Shown piece after piece: positions 48,151-58,205 of a stretch of DNA of 64,000 nt (position 1 is the first letter of the stretch; every line of letters begins with the position of its first letter). The DNA comes from a virus. Both the position numbers and the translations under genes were made by a program. Under the pieces are notes generated by a model. It was not told the origin of the DNA, did not search any database, and saw only the letters and a program-made list of their open reading frames with translations. Location of the stretch: positions 1 through 64,000 of IMG/VR virus record IMGVR_UViG_3300033143_003083; one strand, 5' to 3'.

Positions 48151-49397
48151 TAGTCAATCTTCATGAACTCAGGGATATTATCAATTGAAACTTTGCCAAG
48201 TCCGATGTCGTGTTCTACAATCCATCGTGTGCCATCTTTATTAGGGTGGAACGTGATATCATCACTGTTGTATTCATGCCCTACATGCACGTGTACGTCC
48301 TCCTGAACGTGCTTAAAGATGTCAGTTAACTTATCAGGATGATCCATACTTTCATAGATAACCCCATTCAGGTCACGCTTAGACATCTTCTGTCCGGTGG
48401 CAACGCCTGATGTGACCCCAGCATGAACAAAATAGTGCAGACCATTAGATTTTTCAACCATCAGGTAAGGATGTGAAGTTTCATAATAGTTGACGAATCT
48501 CAAACAGTAATGATCCATATCATCAGGATTCAATGAATAGAATTCAGCAATCGTTTTGTCTAAACCATGTGCAACACTCATTCCATATTTGGCATCATGA
48601 CCTTCCGTCCAATAAAATGTATTATACTTATAGTCTGCTTCATCAGCATTCCACTTTTTCAACCAGCGATAGAACTTATTGTCGTGGTTACTGATGACGT
48701 TATCCATCTTGCCATCGGCAATCAAATCAAAAACTAGATTGAAAGTTTTGTATGATGATTCACCCCTGTCAACGATGTCACCCAGACTAATGAATTTTAC
48801 ATTGTCATCATCTTTATACATTTCAACATATCGTTCAAGCACACGATACTCCCCATGCAGATCTGGAATCACCACATAAGAATATTGTGAGTCGAGCGTA
48901 TGTGCATCAGAATATTTTTCGTAATTGATATAAACACCGTCATCAGCGTTTAAATTGTACACAGTGTATTCATCAGGAATCGTTTGGTTACTGATACGCT
49001 CAACCTGTCGTTTGTAAATGTTCTTGTACTTCCAACGATGTGCCAGACGTTCTTCTGTGAACTCAGATGAAAGTAATTCAGGGAACACAATGGCAACCAA
49101 CGGTCTGTTATATTTCTTGGCAATAACCCTTGTCTGATCCAGAACATTCTGATTACCAGTAGAATCCAATACAGTAAGGATACCGGCCTTTGCCCTTGCT
49201 TCAATTGTTGCATAGAAAATTTCAAATGTGGCAGAGTTGTAATCTTGATTTTCAAAATCACCAGACAACTGTTCACGAATGAAATCACTTTCAACAACAT
49301 GGTGTTTTGCAAAATGGTGTTTTGCAAACGTAGACTTACCTGTTGCCATTGCCCCAATGAATACAATCAATGCATCTTGTTCAATTTTAATTTTCAT
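48150..49397 (-). CDS. Polynucleotide kinase / metallophosphoesterase fusion
   Basis: GAMATGKST, D.IR; DLHG, GDIVDRG, NHD, VHAG, GH. Confidence 0.85.
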   Translation of the reverse strand: MKIKIEQDALIVFIGAMATGKSTFAKHHFAKHHVVESDFIREQLSGDFENQDYNSATFEIFYATIEARAKAGILTVLDSTGNQNVLDQTRVIAKKYNRPLVAIVFPELLSSEFTEERLAHRWKYKNIYKRQVERISNQTIPDEYTVYNLNADDGVYINYEKYSDAHTLDSQYSYVVIPDLHGEYRVLERYVEMYKDDDNVKFISLGDIVDRGESSYKTFNLVFDLIADGKMDNVISNHDNKFYRWLKKWNADEADYKYNTFYWTEGHDAKYGMSVAHGLDKTIAEFYSLNPDDMDHYCLRFVNYYETSHPYLMVEKSNGLHYFVHAGVTSGVATGQKMSKRDLNGVIYESMDHPDKLTDIFKHVQEDVHVHVGHEYNSDDITFHPNKDGTRWIVEHDIGLGKVSIDNIPEFMKID

Positions 49398-49815
49398 TCA
49401 ATTCACCTAAATATTTTAACCGTTTAGCTTCTAACTTATCACTGTCAACTTCTGAACATGCACTGTCATAAGTTATGTCGATGTCTGTTTTATCAAAGAA
49501 CACCATAGGTTTATCAAAATCATATGTCACGATACACTGGAATTTTTTATGTTCTGTTGTTGTCCTGACACCGTTCTCTGTTACCTTTGATATTTCCTCA
49601 TGCCAACCTTTTTCTCTGGCATAAACCGAAACATCATATTTACCGAAGTATTCAATACATAAGTACATTGACAAAAATGCAATGGCGGCAGCAATCATTG
49701 TACCAATTGGAATTATCTCACCCAGTATACCAGATGATGTGTTACTGGCATCAGCAAATAACACCGCAGCAATGATCAAGAAAACTATAAACAAAAATAT
49801 CAGTATTATGTCCAC
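49387..49815 (-). CDS. Membrane protein
   Basis: Two N-terminal TM segments. Confidence 0.55.
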   Translation of the reverse strand: MDIILIFLFIVFLIIAAVLFADASNTSSGILGEIIPIGTMIAAAIAFLSMYLCIEYFGKYDVSVYAREKGWHEEISKVTENGVRTTTEHKKFQCIVTYDFDKPMVFFDKTDIDITYDSACSEVDSDKLEAKRLKYLGELNEN

Positions 49816-49823
49816 ATCAGTAC

Positions 49824-50264
49824 CTATAATTTATGAATGAAATCATGTAACGCTTTTGCTTCTTCGCTTATGTCATGAATATATATATGAGCATCAACAA
49901 ATCGTCTTACTAAATTTAGCTCTTGTTCTTTTGGTACAACAATATCAGAGTAAGAATAATGGGTAAGCATCGCCATACCAGATCTATCAGAACTTATCAC
50001 CGCATCACATACCGCATCATTCCAACATCTTAGAATATCCGTAATCTTGAACAATGAAATAAAATCATCATGGTATTCCTGTAATAGTACATCAATTGCG
50101 TCATCATGTAAAAATCTTGTTATGTATTTCACTGAACTAATATTATACTTTACAATACGAACATCATATTTGGTTGGTATGGAATTCATGTATTCACACA
50201 TGTATTCACGTGAGACAAACACCGCAACCATTGGCGAAAAAGAAATCTTTAAGTAGCTAATCAT
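49824..50264 (-). CDS. Hypothetical protein (ends IHKL)
   Basis: 146-aa coupled ORF. Confidence 0.55.
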   Translation of the reverse strand: MISYLKISFSPMVAVFVSREYMCEYMNSIPTKYDVRIVKYNISSVKYITRFLHDDAIDVLLQEYHDDFISLFKITDILRCWNDAVCDAVISSDRSGMAMLTHYSYSDIVVPKEQELNLVRRFVDAHIYIHDISEEAKALHDFIHKL

Positions 50265-50407
50265 AGTTCAATGTTACGCTCACATAACATATGCATCAAC
50301 ACGAAATAATTAGACCATGCACCACGCTGTGCTAATTTCCCTAATTCCTTTTCAACACTTCGTAAGAAATTCTTTTTATCTATTTCATTGGCATCACTAG
50401 TATTCAT
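50261..50407 (-). CDS. Small hypothetical protein, 48 aa (not in ORF track; ends NIEL)
   Basis: MNTSDANE...; ATGA overlaps at both ends. Confidence 0.55.
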   Translation of the reverse strand: MNTSDANEIDKKNFLRSVEKELGKLAQRGAWSNYFVLMHMLCERNIEL

Positions 50408-51510
50408 TCATCTTGCTCCCCTATAAACATTTCAAAATGTTTTTTGGCAAATGCTTTGTAGTCATTTACTTTACCAGTATACATGTTCATGTACAACCCC
50501 ATAAGACCATCATCCAAGTCTCTTGCCTTAATCGCATAATCTTTGCGGGTAAGATGCTTATTGGTTTCATGATACAACTCAACCGTTGCAATCATATGGT
50601 TGAATATAGGATTTACCAGTGCAATCATATCATTGATGATCTTGACTGCAACCTTATCTTCTTCGAACATTACAATGATGTCATCAATTTCTTCACCGAT
50701 AATTGCCCTGAACAATCTCTTGGGGGAATTGATTGAGTCCTTTGCTCTGTGTCGTGCCAAATACCAATCAGTCTTAATCTTAATCATCTGATCATCATCA
50801 AGTCGCAGGACATAACCTTCTATACCATTTATCTGAGGAATCTGATCAACATATCGTCCAATGTCTACTATGCCACTGATACAATCCACCACAGCATACT
50901 TTTGTATCACCGATGGATAAAGATCATGAGGCATGTACTCCCCAGTGAAGTTGTTCCTGACGTTCAGCACAACAAGACCATCATCTTCATATCCTAATAC
51001 AATACGATTGTTCGGTGATGTCCATTCAAAATTAACTGTCCAACCCTGCAACCCTAATATATAAGACTCACCACGTAACCTCTTATGATCTTCTTCTGCT
51101 AACCATTTCATAGCAGCAACTGCCTGATCAGAATCCAGACTACCTTTGGTCTTGAGTCTTACATCATTCATATGTAAATAAGTTGAGATTAAGCTACCAT
51201 CTTCCTTAACCATACAATGAGTTATTTTTGAAAAATCCACATTCTCGGTGAATGGGTTTTCTTTGTAATTGAAAAACTTAGTCATTGGTCGTGACGCAAT
51301 ATCAACGACATACCCATCACCATGAACTTCAAACATGATACCCCTACATTCAAGCGCAGAAGGTAACAAGAAATCTGAATAAGAACATAGTCGATAATTG
51401 AAGATACGAAAAATCGTACCCATCAGTACGACATCTTTAAAGAAAAATGATTCTGAACTTTCAACCAGTGCCATTAAGTCTGCGTAAATTTCAGTAAAAT
51501 GTTTACTCAT
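50404..51510 (-). CDS. RNA ligase 1 (T4 RnlA-like)
   Basis: ECRGIMF, KFFN..E, KEDGSL, EGYV, KIKT.WY...H. Confidence 0.92.
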   Translation of the reverse strand: MSKHFTEIYADLMALVESSESFFFKDVVLMGTIFRIFNYRLCSYSDFLLPSALECRGIMFEVHGDGYVVDIASRPMTKFFNYKENPFTENVDFSKITHCMVKEDGSLISTYLHMNDVRLKTKGSLDSDQAVAAMKWLAEEDHKRLRGESYILGLQGWTVNFEWTSPNNRIVLGYEDDGLVVLNVRNNFTGEYMPHDLYPSVIQKYAVVDCISGIVDIGRYVDQIPQINGIEGYVLRLDDDQMIKIKTDWYLARHRAKDSINSPKRLFRAIIGEEIDDIIVMFEEDKVAVKIINDMIALVNPIFNHMIATVELYHETNKHLTRKDYAIKARDLDDGLMGLYMNMYTGKVNDYKAFAKKHFEMFIGEQDE

Positions 51511-51781
51511 TGATATCTCTCCAAAAAAGTATCAAACCTAAGTCTGGTACTTTTTTTATTGTCCATAACGGATTGCCACCAGCAGATTTTTCAACATCAT
51601 AATTTTTTTCAACATAACGCCATAGTGCTTGTTGGGTATATTTTTTATGCTGGTCTAATCGCTTATACCCTTTAGACTTAAATAATTGACACCATGTACC
51701 GTCCAACTTATGAGCAGCAAAAAATCTACGAGTATACTTGTCCAGTATCTTATCGTTCTTCAATCTTATACATTTCATCAC
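51503..51781 (-). CDS. Hypothetical basic protein
   Basis: 92-aa coupled ORF. Confidence 0.55.
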   Translation of the reverse strand: MMKCIRLKNDKILDKYTRRFFAAHKLDGTWCQLFKSKGYKRLDQHKKYTQQALWRYVEKNYDVEKSAGGNPLWTIKKVPDLGLILFWRDINE

Positions 51782-52005
51782 TTGTGCCCTTCTGTGTTTT
51801 TGATGCGGGTATGTTTACAAAACAATTTTTGTGTAAGTGCAGCACATGTTTGTGCTGTAGAATTACTATTCTTTAAACAACCTTCAAATGATTCTTTTAT
51901 CAATTGCTTATTAGCGGCATCACCACAATCAATATTTGTGTGATAATTAGCTGCGTCACATGCAGTCAAGAGTAGTAATGATAATGCCAGTAGTATAGTT
52001 TTCAT
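51778..52005 (-). CDS. Putative lipoprotein
   Basis: MKTILLALSLLLLTAC lipobox. Confidence 0.65.
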   Translation of the reverse strand: MKTILLALSLLLLTACDAANYHTNIDCGDAANKQLIKESFEGCLKNSNSTAQTCAALTQKLFCKHTRIKNTEGHK

Positions 52006-52006
52006 T

Positions 52007-52369
52007 TTATAACATCCAGAATTCATGTAAGTGTTCGTTATCAATAATGTGATTCTTTAAATCGGCTTGCCATTTTTTAAAATTATCATGGGCAAGTTCA
52101 TTCCCACCAAACCCAAAAAAGAAATCATCAGCTTTGTATTTTTCTTTACCTGCTAAAACAGAAGCAATGTAAGGATAGTATCTTTGACGATTTTCTTCTT
52201 GGGTTTCAGTAACAATATTTTTTATACCATTGTATAGATATGGATAGGATTTTATCACACCAAACAAAGACATGACTCGCCTTAGACCATTATGAATATT
52301 ATCATCTTTCATGATAGCTTCATAAGTTTCGATGGTGATTTCTTGTGGGGGATTTTGTATAATACCCAT
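52007..52369 (-). CDS. YPEL/WWML family protein
   Basis: SYPYLY...HIIDNEHLHEFWML. Confidence 0.7.
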   Translation of the reverse strand: MGIIQNPPQEITIETYEAIMKDDNIHNGLRRVMSLFGVIKSYPYLYNGIKNIVTETQEENRQRYYPYIASVLAGKEKYKADDFFFGFGGNELAHDNFKKWQADLKNHIIDNEHLHEFWML

Positions 52370-52611
52370 TACAGTATCCACCATGCTAACATATGTTCAT
52401 TTTTTTGAATGTGTTTGATGATACCATCAAAGGTATTAACACCATCATACCCAATAGTTTTTTTCAAAAAGGTACGTATTGATCTAGACCCTTTAGGTCT
52501 TGATTTATCGTTAATAATATACACGTACAATGTAGGCCAACGTAATTCTATATGGTCAAAGATGTGCCAAATGTAATCGGCATCATCCATAATTTTATCT
52601 GCTTCACTCAC
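52369..52611 (-). CDS. YPEL/WWML family protein
   Basis: WPTLY...HIQKNEHMLAWWIL. Confidence 0.7.
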   Translation of the reverse strand: MSEADKIMDDADYIWHIFDHIELRWPTLYVYIINDKSRPKGSRSIRTFLKKTIGYDGVNTFDGIIKHIQKNEHMLAWWIL

Positions 52612-52627
52612 GGCACACCCCCAAGTT

Positions 52628-52650
52628 AAAAAATGGAACGTCCTTGTTCC
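52628..52650 (-). terminator. Possible rho-independent terminator
   Basis: GGAAC-loop-GTTCC followed by T run. Confidence 0.45.
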
Positions 52651-52665
52651 CCTTAACGTACTCTT

Positions 52666-53952
52666 TTATGCAGCTTCTTTCTCAGTCATGAATAACACTT
52701 CACCGTTATCCAACTTAAGATCCTGATTACCAGAAGATGTCACGATGACAATACATTGAACGTCCTCTACTTCATCATCAAGTGCTGCTTCTGGGATATA
52801 CCCATCAGTAATGATAATGCATACAGCAGGTTCTTCTTCCTTCTCGTTAGCATATTCAAGCATCGGTGACATTTCAGTACCACCACCACCAACCAAGTCA
52901 GTATTAATAGAACCAAATTCATCACCTTCTTCTGAACTGTACTCACCAATCAGGTGAGCATTAGTATCACATGAGATAAGATCAACGTTCCAGTTATCAA
53001 ATTCTTCACAGATGCTGTGTAACTCAGTTAACGCTTCTGCTAAGTCTGTGTTAGACATTGAACCTGATGTGTCCACACCAAATACCAATTCAATGTTATC
53101 GCCTGTCATAGTAGGGAAGATGATACGTGAATGGTAAGACTTACGCGAAGGACGGTTATATGTATAACGGTTCTTTGAAGTCTGTGTGATGAATTCACGT
53201 AACACAGTCTGCCAAGGAATCTTACTGTCAAGCAAGTCTTCGAACTGGCGAATCAAATCAGCATAACCTTCGCCCATGTTCTTCATTTTTTCCATGTCGT
53301 TCTGACCCATAGCAGATGCAATCTTCTGACGATTCTCAGTACGTTGAGCATCAGTCATTGATTCGCGGCTTAATGCATCATAAGGACATTGACCATCTTT
53401 GTTTGGTTCACCGGCACTACCAAATTTACTTGCTGCCTTTTTAGCATCATTATCATTTTCTTTAAGTAAGATATGATAGATTTGATCGGCACTCATTTTT
53501 TTGTACTTTTCCTCATACAAACCAATCTTGGGCATAGCAATACGTGATTCTTTTAACTCTGTTAAATATGAGTTAATACAGAAGTCAGTACAAACATTCC
53601 ACAACTCATGGTTGTAATTATGGTCTGTCTGTCTGCCGATATGTTCAAGGAAGATATGAAGCATTTCATGTGCAATAACAAACGCACGTTCTTTACGATT
53701 CATACCATTAAGGAATTCTTCATTCACATAAATTTTGTTTCCACCAACAGTAGTTGCTGCCATTGTCGGAAGATCTTTTGTGAAGTAATATTCAGTTGAC
53801 ATAATTAAGAAACTGAAGAATGGGAAGATTCTTACTAAGTCAATTTTAGAAGTGGTAAGGTTAGATTTACTTTTGGCAGAAAAGTTTTTAACTGTACTCG
53901 GCAATCTGCCGCGTAACTGTTCTGACATTTCATTTTTCGTTTCTTCTGACAT
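52666..53952 (-). CDS. Zincin metallopeptidase-like + vWA domain protein (DUF2201-type)
   Basis: HEMLH..EH, DTSGSM, GGGT, ITDG. Confidence 0.85.
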   Translation of the reverse strand: MSEETKNEMSEQLRGRLPSTVKNFSAKSKSNLTTSKIDLVRIFPFFSFLIMSTEYYFTKDLPTMAATTVGGNKIYVNEEFLNGMNRKERAFVIAHEMLHIFLEHIGRQTDHNYNHELWNVCTDFCINSYLTELKESRIAMPKIGLYEEKYKKMSADQIYHILLKENDNDAKKAASKFGSAGEPNKDGQCPYDALSRESMTDAQRTENRQKIASAMGQNDMEKMKNMGEGYADLIRQFEDLLDSKIPWQTVLREFITQTSKNRYTYNRPSRKSYHSRIIFPTMTGDNIELVFGVDTSGSMSNTDLAEALTELHSICEEFDNWNVDLISCDTNAHLIGEYSSEEGDEFGSINTDLVGGGGTEMSPMLEYANEKEEEPAVCIIITDGYIPEAALDDEVEDVQCIVIVTSSGNQDLKLDNGEVLFMTEKEAA

Positions 53953-53984
53953 GTTATTCTCCTAAGTTTTCAATTGAGAATTAT

Positions 53985-54018
53985 ACACTATCCACCAGAG
54001 TTGTCCAGTGGATAGTGT
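53985..54018. repeat. Inverted repeat between AAA and vWA genes
   Basis: ACACTATCCAC / GTGGATAGTGT, adjacent to a TATAAT at 53980-53985. Confidence 0.7.
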
Positions 54019-54024
54019 AATTAA

Positions 54025-55149
54025 TTACGCCTCAACGTCACCTTGTTTGATGTAATCAGAAACTTTCTTGAAAGTAGTCATAGTATTCATAAGGATACTA
54101 GTGATTGCCTTATCAGACTGTTCATTCTTACGACCATCAAAAAGAGTCTTAACAGTTTTGTAAGTCATGATTAAGAAATCATCTTCAAGTTGAACCATGA
54201 TTTTTTCAAGGTTCTTAACTTTCTTAACATCAGTTGCATTCTCAACAAGGTTAACAATCAAACTTGAAACCAATGCGAATACTACACCGTTGTCATGTTG
54301 TGGAACTTTATAGTCTAGTTCACCTGACATGATTTTCTGGAAGTCTGGTAATACACCATAGAACTTACGGAAAGACATGAATGAAGATGCAACTTTATCA
54401 CCGACACAACCACCAATAACATGTGCTAATTCTTCGTCATTGTAACCAACCTCAAGAAGATTACCGACTTGTTCCCATGAACGTGGTGTAGCAAAAGATA
54501 CATCATTACGTTTAGGGTCGAAGTTATAAAGCATTGATGCATCAAAGTTTAAGAAACCAATAACTTGTTTATTCAAACCAGTGTCAAATGCATAGACAGT
54601 GAAATCAGTTAAGTTAGATTTGATTTCAAGATGCATTGCATAACGATTAGCCAATGCAGGTGCAACACCTTTAGCACCTGTTTTATCTGATTTCATGTTA
54701 CCAGCAGATACGATTGCCCAACCTTCAGCAAGTTCAACACCACGATGGATTTCACGATCAAGTACTATACGGTATGCTGAATGTTGTACTGGAACTGGTG
54801 CGTTACTCATTTCGTCCATAAACAAGATACCCTGTTCAGGGAACAGACCTGCTTTAACACGTTCTTTTGAAGGAAACCATTCTGGCACAGAAACTTTCAT
54901 CGTTTCATGTTCATCATTTTCAGAACGTCCCACGTATGGAATACCAGCAACATCTGCTTGTTCCATTTGTGCCAGACGAACATCTTCAAAACCAATATTA
55001 AGTTCCTTGGTTACTTGTCTGATGATTGCTGATTTGCCGATACCCGGCGAACTATGCATATAGATAGGCATATGAACGCCATGTTCGAGTTCGTGTAGAA
55101 CTGCTTTGATTACATACTGCTTTGCTGCACTAATTGTAGTAGTAGGCAT
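54025..55149 (-). CDS. MoxR-like AAA+ ATPase
   Basis: SPGIGKS, DVRL, LFMDE, AGN, ALANR, TPRSW. Confidence 0.88.
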   Translation of the reverse strand: MPTTTISAAKQYVIKAVLHELEHGVHMPIYMHSSPGIGKSAIIRQVTKELNIGFEDVRLAQMEQADVAGIPYVGRSENDEHETMKVSVPEWFPSKERVKAGLFPEQGILFMDEMSNAPVPVQHSAYRIVLDREIHRGVELAEGWAIVSAGNMKSDKTGAKGVAPALANRYAMHLEIKSNLTDFTVYAFDTGLNKQVIGFLNFDASMLYNFDPKRNDVSFATPRSWEQVGNLLEVGYNDEELAHVIGGCVGDKVASSFMSFRKFYGVLPDFQKIMSGELDYKVPQHDNGVVFALVSSLIVNLVENATDVKKVKNLEKIMVQLEDDFLIMTYKTVKTLFDGRKNEQSDKAITSILMNTMTTFKKVSDYIKQGDVEA

Positions 55150-55288
55150 TTTTGGTACTCCCAAAATTGTTAGAGTTAAGGTTAAGGATCATTCCCAATC
55201 CATAGGCATATAGTATTATAGATTGAGTATTCTGTCAACTCTATAAGTCATTGATTTCATTGGATTATGGAAATTGGTTAAAAAAGCA

Positions 55289-55498
55289 TCAGAAGATTTC
55301 ACGCTTTTGCATATAATCTTCTAATATTTCTAGGACATCTGTTATTGATTTGGTTACAGCAGGTGATCCTGTTGTAAGATTGATCTTGGTTACTAATGTA
55401 TCTTGAAGCGCAATAAGTTCTTTGTCAGTCAGTGACTTCCAAATGTTAATGTAATCTGTTTGTAATAAATAATTCATAGTTAAAAAAGGAGGGATCAT
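55289..55498 (-). CDS. Small hypothetical protein
   Basis: ORF; start uncertain. Confidence 0.4.
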   Translation of the reverse strand: MIPPFLTMNYLLQTDYINIWKSLTDKELIALQDTLVTKINLTTGSPAVTKSITDVLEILEDYMQKREIF

Positions 55499-55513
55499 TT
55501 CTGATCCCTATCC
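55482..55513 (-). terminator. Rho-independent terminator after SSB gene
   Basis: AGGGATCA-GAAA-TGATCCCT followed by T run. Confidence 0.75.
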
Positions 55514-55529
55514 CCCCTATCAAATCGTC

Positions 55530-56414
55530 TTACTCTTTGTTTTTATCTTTATTTTTCAAACGATTCAACAACGAACTTGCTGACGATTTTTTCTTTTCTG
55601 GCGAACCATCAGCTTCGTTACTGCTATCACCATCACTGCTATCATCTGCATCACCACTTGATGAATCATCAGAACGACTCGTAGAACGTCTTGACGCTTT
55701 GGTATCAACTTCAATTGCTTTGTCTAACCATTTGTCCATATCTTCAGTCGTAGTTACGTCTGGTGATTCTGCAAACAAATCAAACAACACAAGTTCACCA
55801 CTGTCGAATGCTTCAAAAATTTCATCACTCAATGGTTCTTCTTTTCTTGCAAAGTAAGATTTATCATATGCTGGATAACCATTACTACCAATGGTACGTT
55901 TGATAATGAAATCAGTATCCATTATTTCATCGACTTGTTGTTCAATGACAGCTTCTTTTAAAATTTCATAAACAGCATACGGAAGGTTAATCAATTTGAT
56001 TGGATTACCATCATCTGTTTCGTTAACTTCAATTGGTGAATCCATCACAATGCACTGGGCAAGATGTTTTGAATTACTTCTCCAACGTTTTGCTTCTTCT
56101 TTGTTGCCATCATTGTGATAACCCCAAGAATGTTGGCACACCGGACAATCTTCACCGCTAGAACTATAAGAACAATTGATGTTATCAAGCCCACGTAGTT
56201 TCAGACCACCACCATGAATTTCGTACTCTGACCAGTACTCACCTGTATCACCAGCATCAGGTAATAAACGAATAGTCATTTTGCCATTTTCTTTAAGGTC
56301 AAAGTAATTTAGGAAACGTTTGTCCCCACCACCTTTCTTGCTTTTCTTTTCTTCATCGTCCTTCAGTAATTTCTCACGAAGTTTTGCCGAACTTGCTCTA
56401 TCTTTAAGACTCAT
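55530..56414 (-). CDS. Single-stranded DNA-binding protein, T4 gp32-like
   Basis: IRLLP, H...C...CPVC Zn site, YDKS.F, acidic/Ser tail. Confidence 0.85.
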   Translation of the reverse strand: MSLKDRASSAKLREKLLKDDEEKKSKKGGGDKRFLNYFDLKENGKMTIRLLPDAGDTGEYWSEYEIHGGGLKLRGLDNINCSYSSSGEDCPVCQHSWGYHNDGNKEEAKRWRSNSKHLAQCIVMDSPIEVNETDDGNPIKLINLPYAVYEILKEAVIEQQVDEIMDTDFIIKRTIGSNGYPAYDKSYFARKEEPLSDEIFEAFDSGELVLFDLFAESPDVTTTEDMDKWLDKAIEVDTKASRRSTSRSDDSSSGDADDSSDGDSSNEADGSPEKKKSSASSLLNRLKNKDKNKE

Positions 56415-56488
56415 AATATTTTTTCTCCTGTAATTATCTGTTATCTTATTTTTTTATTGTAGTCTTTTTATTAAGAAGACTTAAAAAC

Positions 56489-57190
56489 TTATTGTACTTG
56501 AGGCATTACCATGAATATGAGTTCATTTACTTCGATGTAAAGGATACCCATATCACCAACTCCAAGTTCAACCGAGTCATTGTTTTTGATAGCATGACGA
56601 AGTAATCTCATTACGCTATCTGTTCGCCAATCGTAAGACCATTCACCACTACATTGATCAGCGATCACATCGGTAAATGAATCAGAACCATCATCAAACA
56701 TTTCAATGACTGTTTCGTTATTTATGCCTGTTATAGAAAGTATGTTTGAGTTCATTGCCTGATTAGCTTTGATTAAGTTTGTGATGTATTCTTTTGTTAA
56801 TGTTATAACATTATTAACAGCATCATCAATAGTACCAGACGGAACATTTATAGTTTGTGGATTGGCAAAGGTGAATGAAACTTTCTTTCTGCTTTCTTTG
56901 AATGTCACAGACTTGACATAATCTTCTACTTCAACCTGTGACACTTTTGTTTTACTCAAATCAAATAGATTCATTCTGCCGAGCATCACTGGTACACGTG
57001 TGATACCCATAGTGGTGTCAACTATGTTACTGTCAACTTCTGATACTAAAACGATGGACGGTCTTTCTTCATCACTGGTACTGTCAGCACCACGAATCAC
57101 TACCCCGTCTTCTTTCTTTTCAATAATAATTTCTTTGATGCCAGCAACATTAATAGTTTCTAACACGCTATGTAAACGTTCGATGTTCAT
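56489..57190 (-). CDS. Sliding clamp, T4 gp45-like
   Basis: 233 aa, replication context, C-terminal F.VMP pattern. Confidence 0.6.
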   Translation of the reverse strand: MNIERLHSVLETINVAGIKEIIIEKKEDGVVIRGADSTSDEERPSIVLVSEVDSNIVDTTMGITRVPVMLGRMNLFDLSKTKVSQVEVEDYVKSVTFKESRKKVSFTFANPQTINVPSGTIDDAVNNVITLTKEYITNLIKANQAMNSNILSITGINNETVIEMFDDGSDSFTDVIADQCSGEWSYDWRTDSVMRLLRHAIKNNDSVELGVGDMGILYIEVNELIFMVMPQVQ

Positions 57191-57204
57191 TGTGGTTTCC
57201 TCTT

Positions 57205-57660
57205 TTATAACTTCTTAAATTCTTCGTGTGCTTCTAACAGTTGAAGAATGTTATTATAACTTTTTCTATTACATGCATCAACATTATTGGTTTCATCTGT
57301 AGAATATATTAACTGCCTAAGACAACGTAAATCTTTTTTTACAATAGTTGAGTCTTGGTTGTTATATCTGTCCAACCAATCTTGTGCCTCATTGTATACA
57401 TTTATAATAGTTGATGCATTTTCATCATTGAACTTACATCCTTCTATATATTCTGCTATGTCTCTCCATGAACTACCTGAATTCAATCTATCACATATGA
57501 TGCAATCTTTTAAAACTTCATCATCAAGAAATTTACTAAAATCGTTTACGTATTCAATCACCATTTTATAATGAAAAAACTTATCGACATGAGAATCATA
57601 TGGCATACTTATATACCACGATCCATCACGTCTGTGCCGTACACTAAAGTTATAACTCAC
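57205..57660 (-). CDS. Hypothetical protein (ends FKKL)
   Basis: 151-aa ORF. Confidence 0.55.
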   Translation of the reverse strand: MSYNFSVRHRRDGSWYISMPYDSHVDKFFHYKMVIEYVNDFSKFLDDEVLKDCIICDRLNSGSSWRDIAEYIEGCKFNDENASTIINVYNEAQDWLDRYNNQDSTIVKKDLRCLRQLIYSTDETNNVDACNRKSYNNILQLLEAHEEFKKL

Positions 57661-58198
57661 CAGTAGTTAACTCATAAAACTTTTCCAGAAATTTCATTTC
57701 TGCGTCTTGGGGTGTCATACATTCAAGTTCGATGTCAGGTAACGGTGTTGTTATTATTTTGTTTATTGCCCAACCCTCACCTTTAGAATGCATCAACCGT
57801 TTTATCTCAATTCGTAATGCATTCATATCAGCAAGATGAACTTCTTCTGGGAAGGGTTCGGTTAACTCATATTTGGTGTAGATGGCATTCATCACTTTAC
57901 ATTCCATCATTTTATAATTTTGAAGGAATGGTTTGATTGGGCTTGCCACATCAGTCAGATATGCTTCACTTGCATCATGTAGTAACCCATACAACTTAAA
58001 TTCATCTGGGCATAACTCAGTGACTAACAAGCAATGTTCTGCTATAGAATAAAACTCAGAACAATGTCCTGTATAACGGCATTGCATTGATAACGAATGT
58101 GCAATGTCAGTTATGTTAATTTGTTCAGAAATTGGGTTCAAAAAATCAAACTTGATGCCACTGTATGTTTCAATGTAATTATCTATTTTGTTGTCCAT
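57650..58198 (-). CDS. HD-domain phosphohydrolase (YfbR/YfdR-like)
   Basis: DIAHSLS..CRY.GH, YS.AEH, LLHDASEAY..D. Confidence 0.85.
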   Translation of the reverse strand: MDNKIDNYIETYSGIKFDFLNPISEQINITDIAHSLSMQCRYTGHCSEFYSIAEHCLLVTELCPDEFKLYGLLHDASEAYLTDVASPIKPFLQNYKMMECKVMNAIYTKYELTEPFPEEVHLADMNALRIEIKRLMHSKGEGWAINKIITTPLPDIELECMTPQDAEMKFLEKFYELTTGEL

Positions 58199-58205
58199 AA
58201 TATAC

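Noticed and set aside
57650-58198. DatZ-type dATPase indicating a Z-base genome
   Set aside because: No purZ-like gene in the window, and a Dam methylase is present; a generic HD nucleotidase is sufficient.
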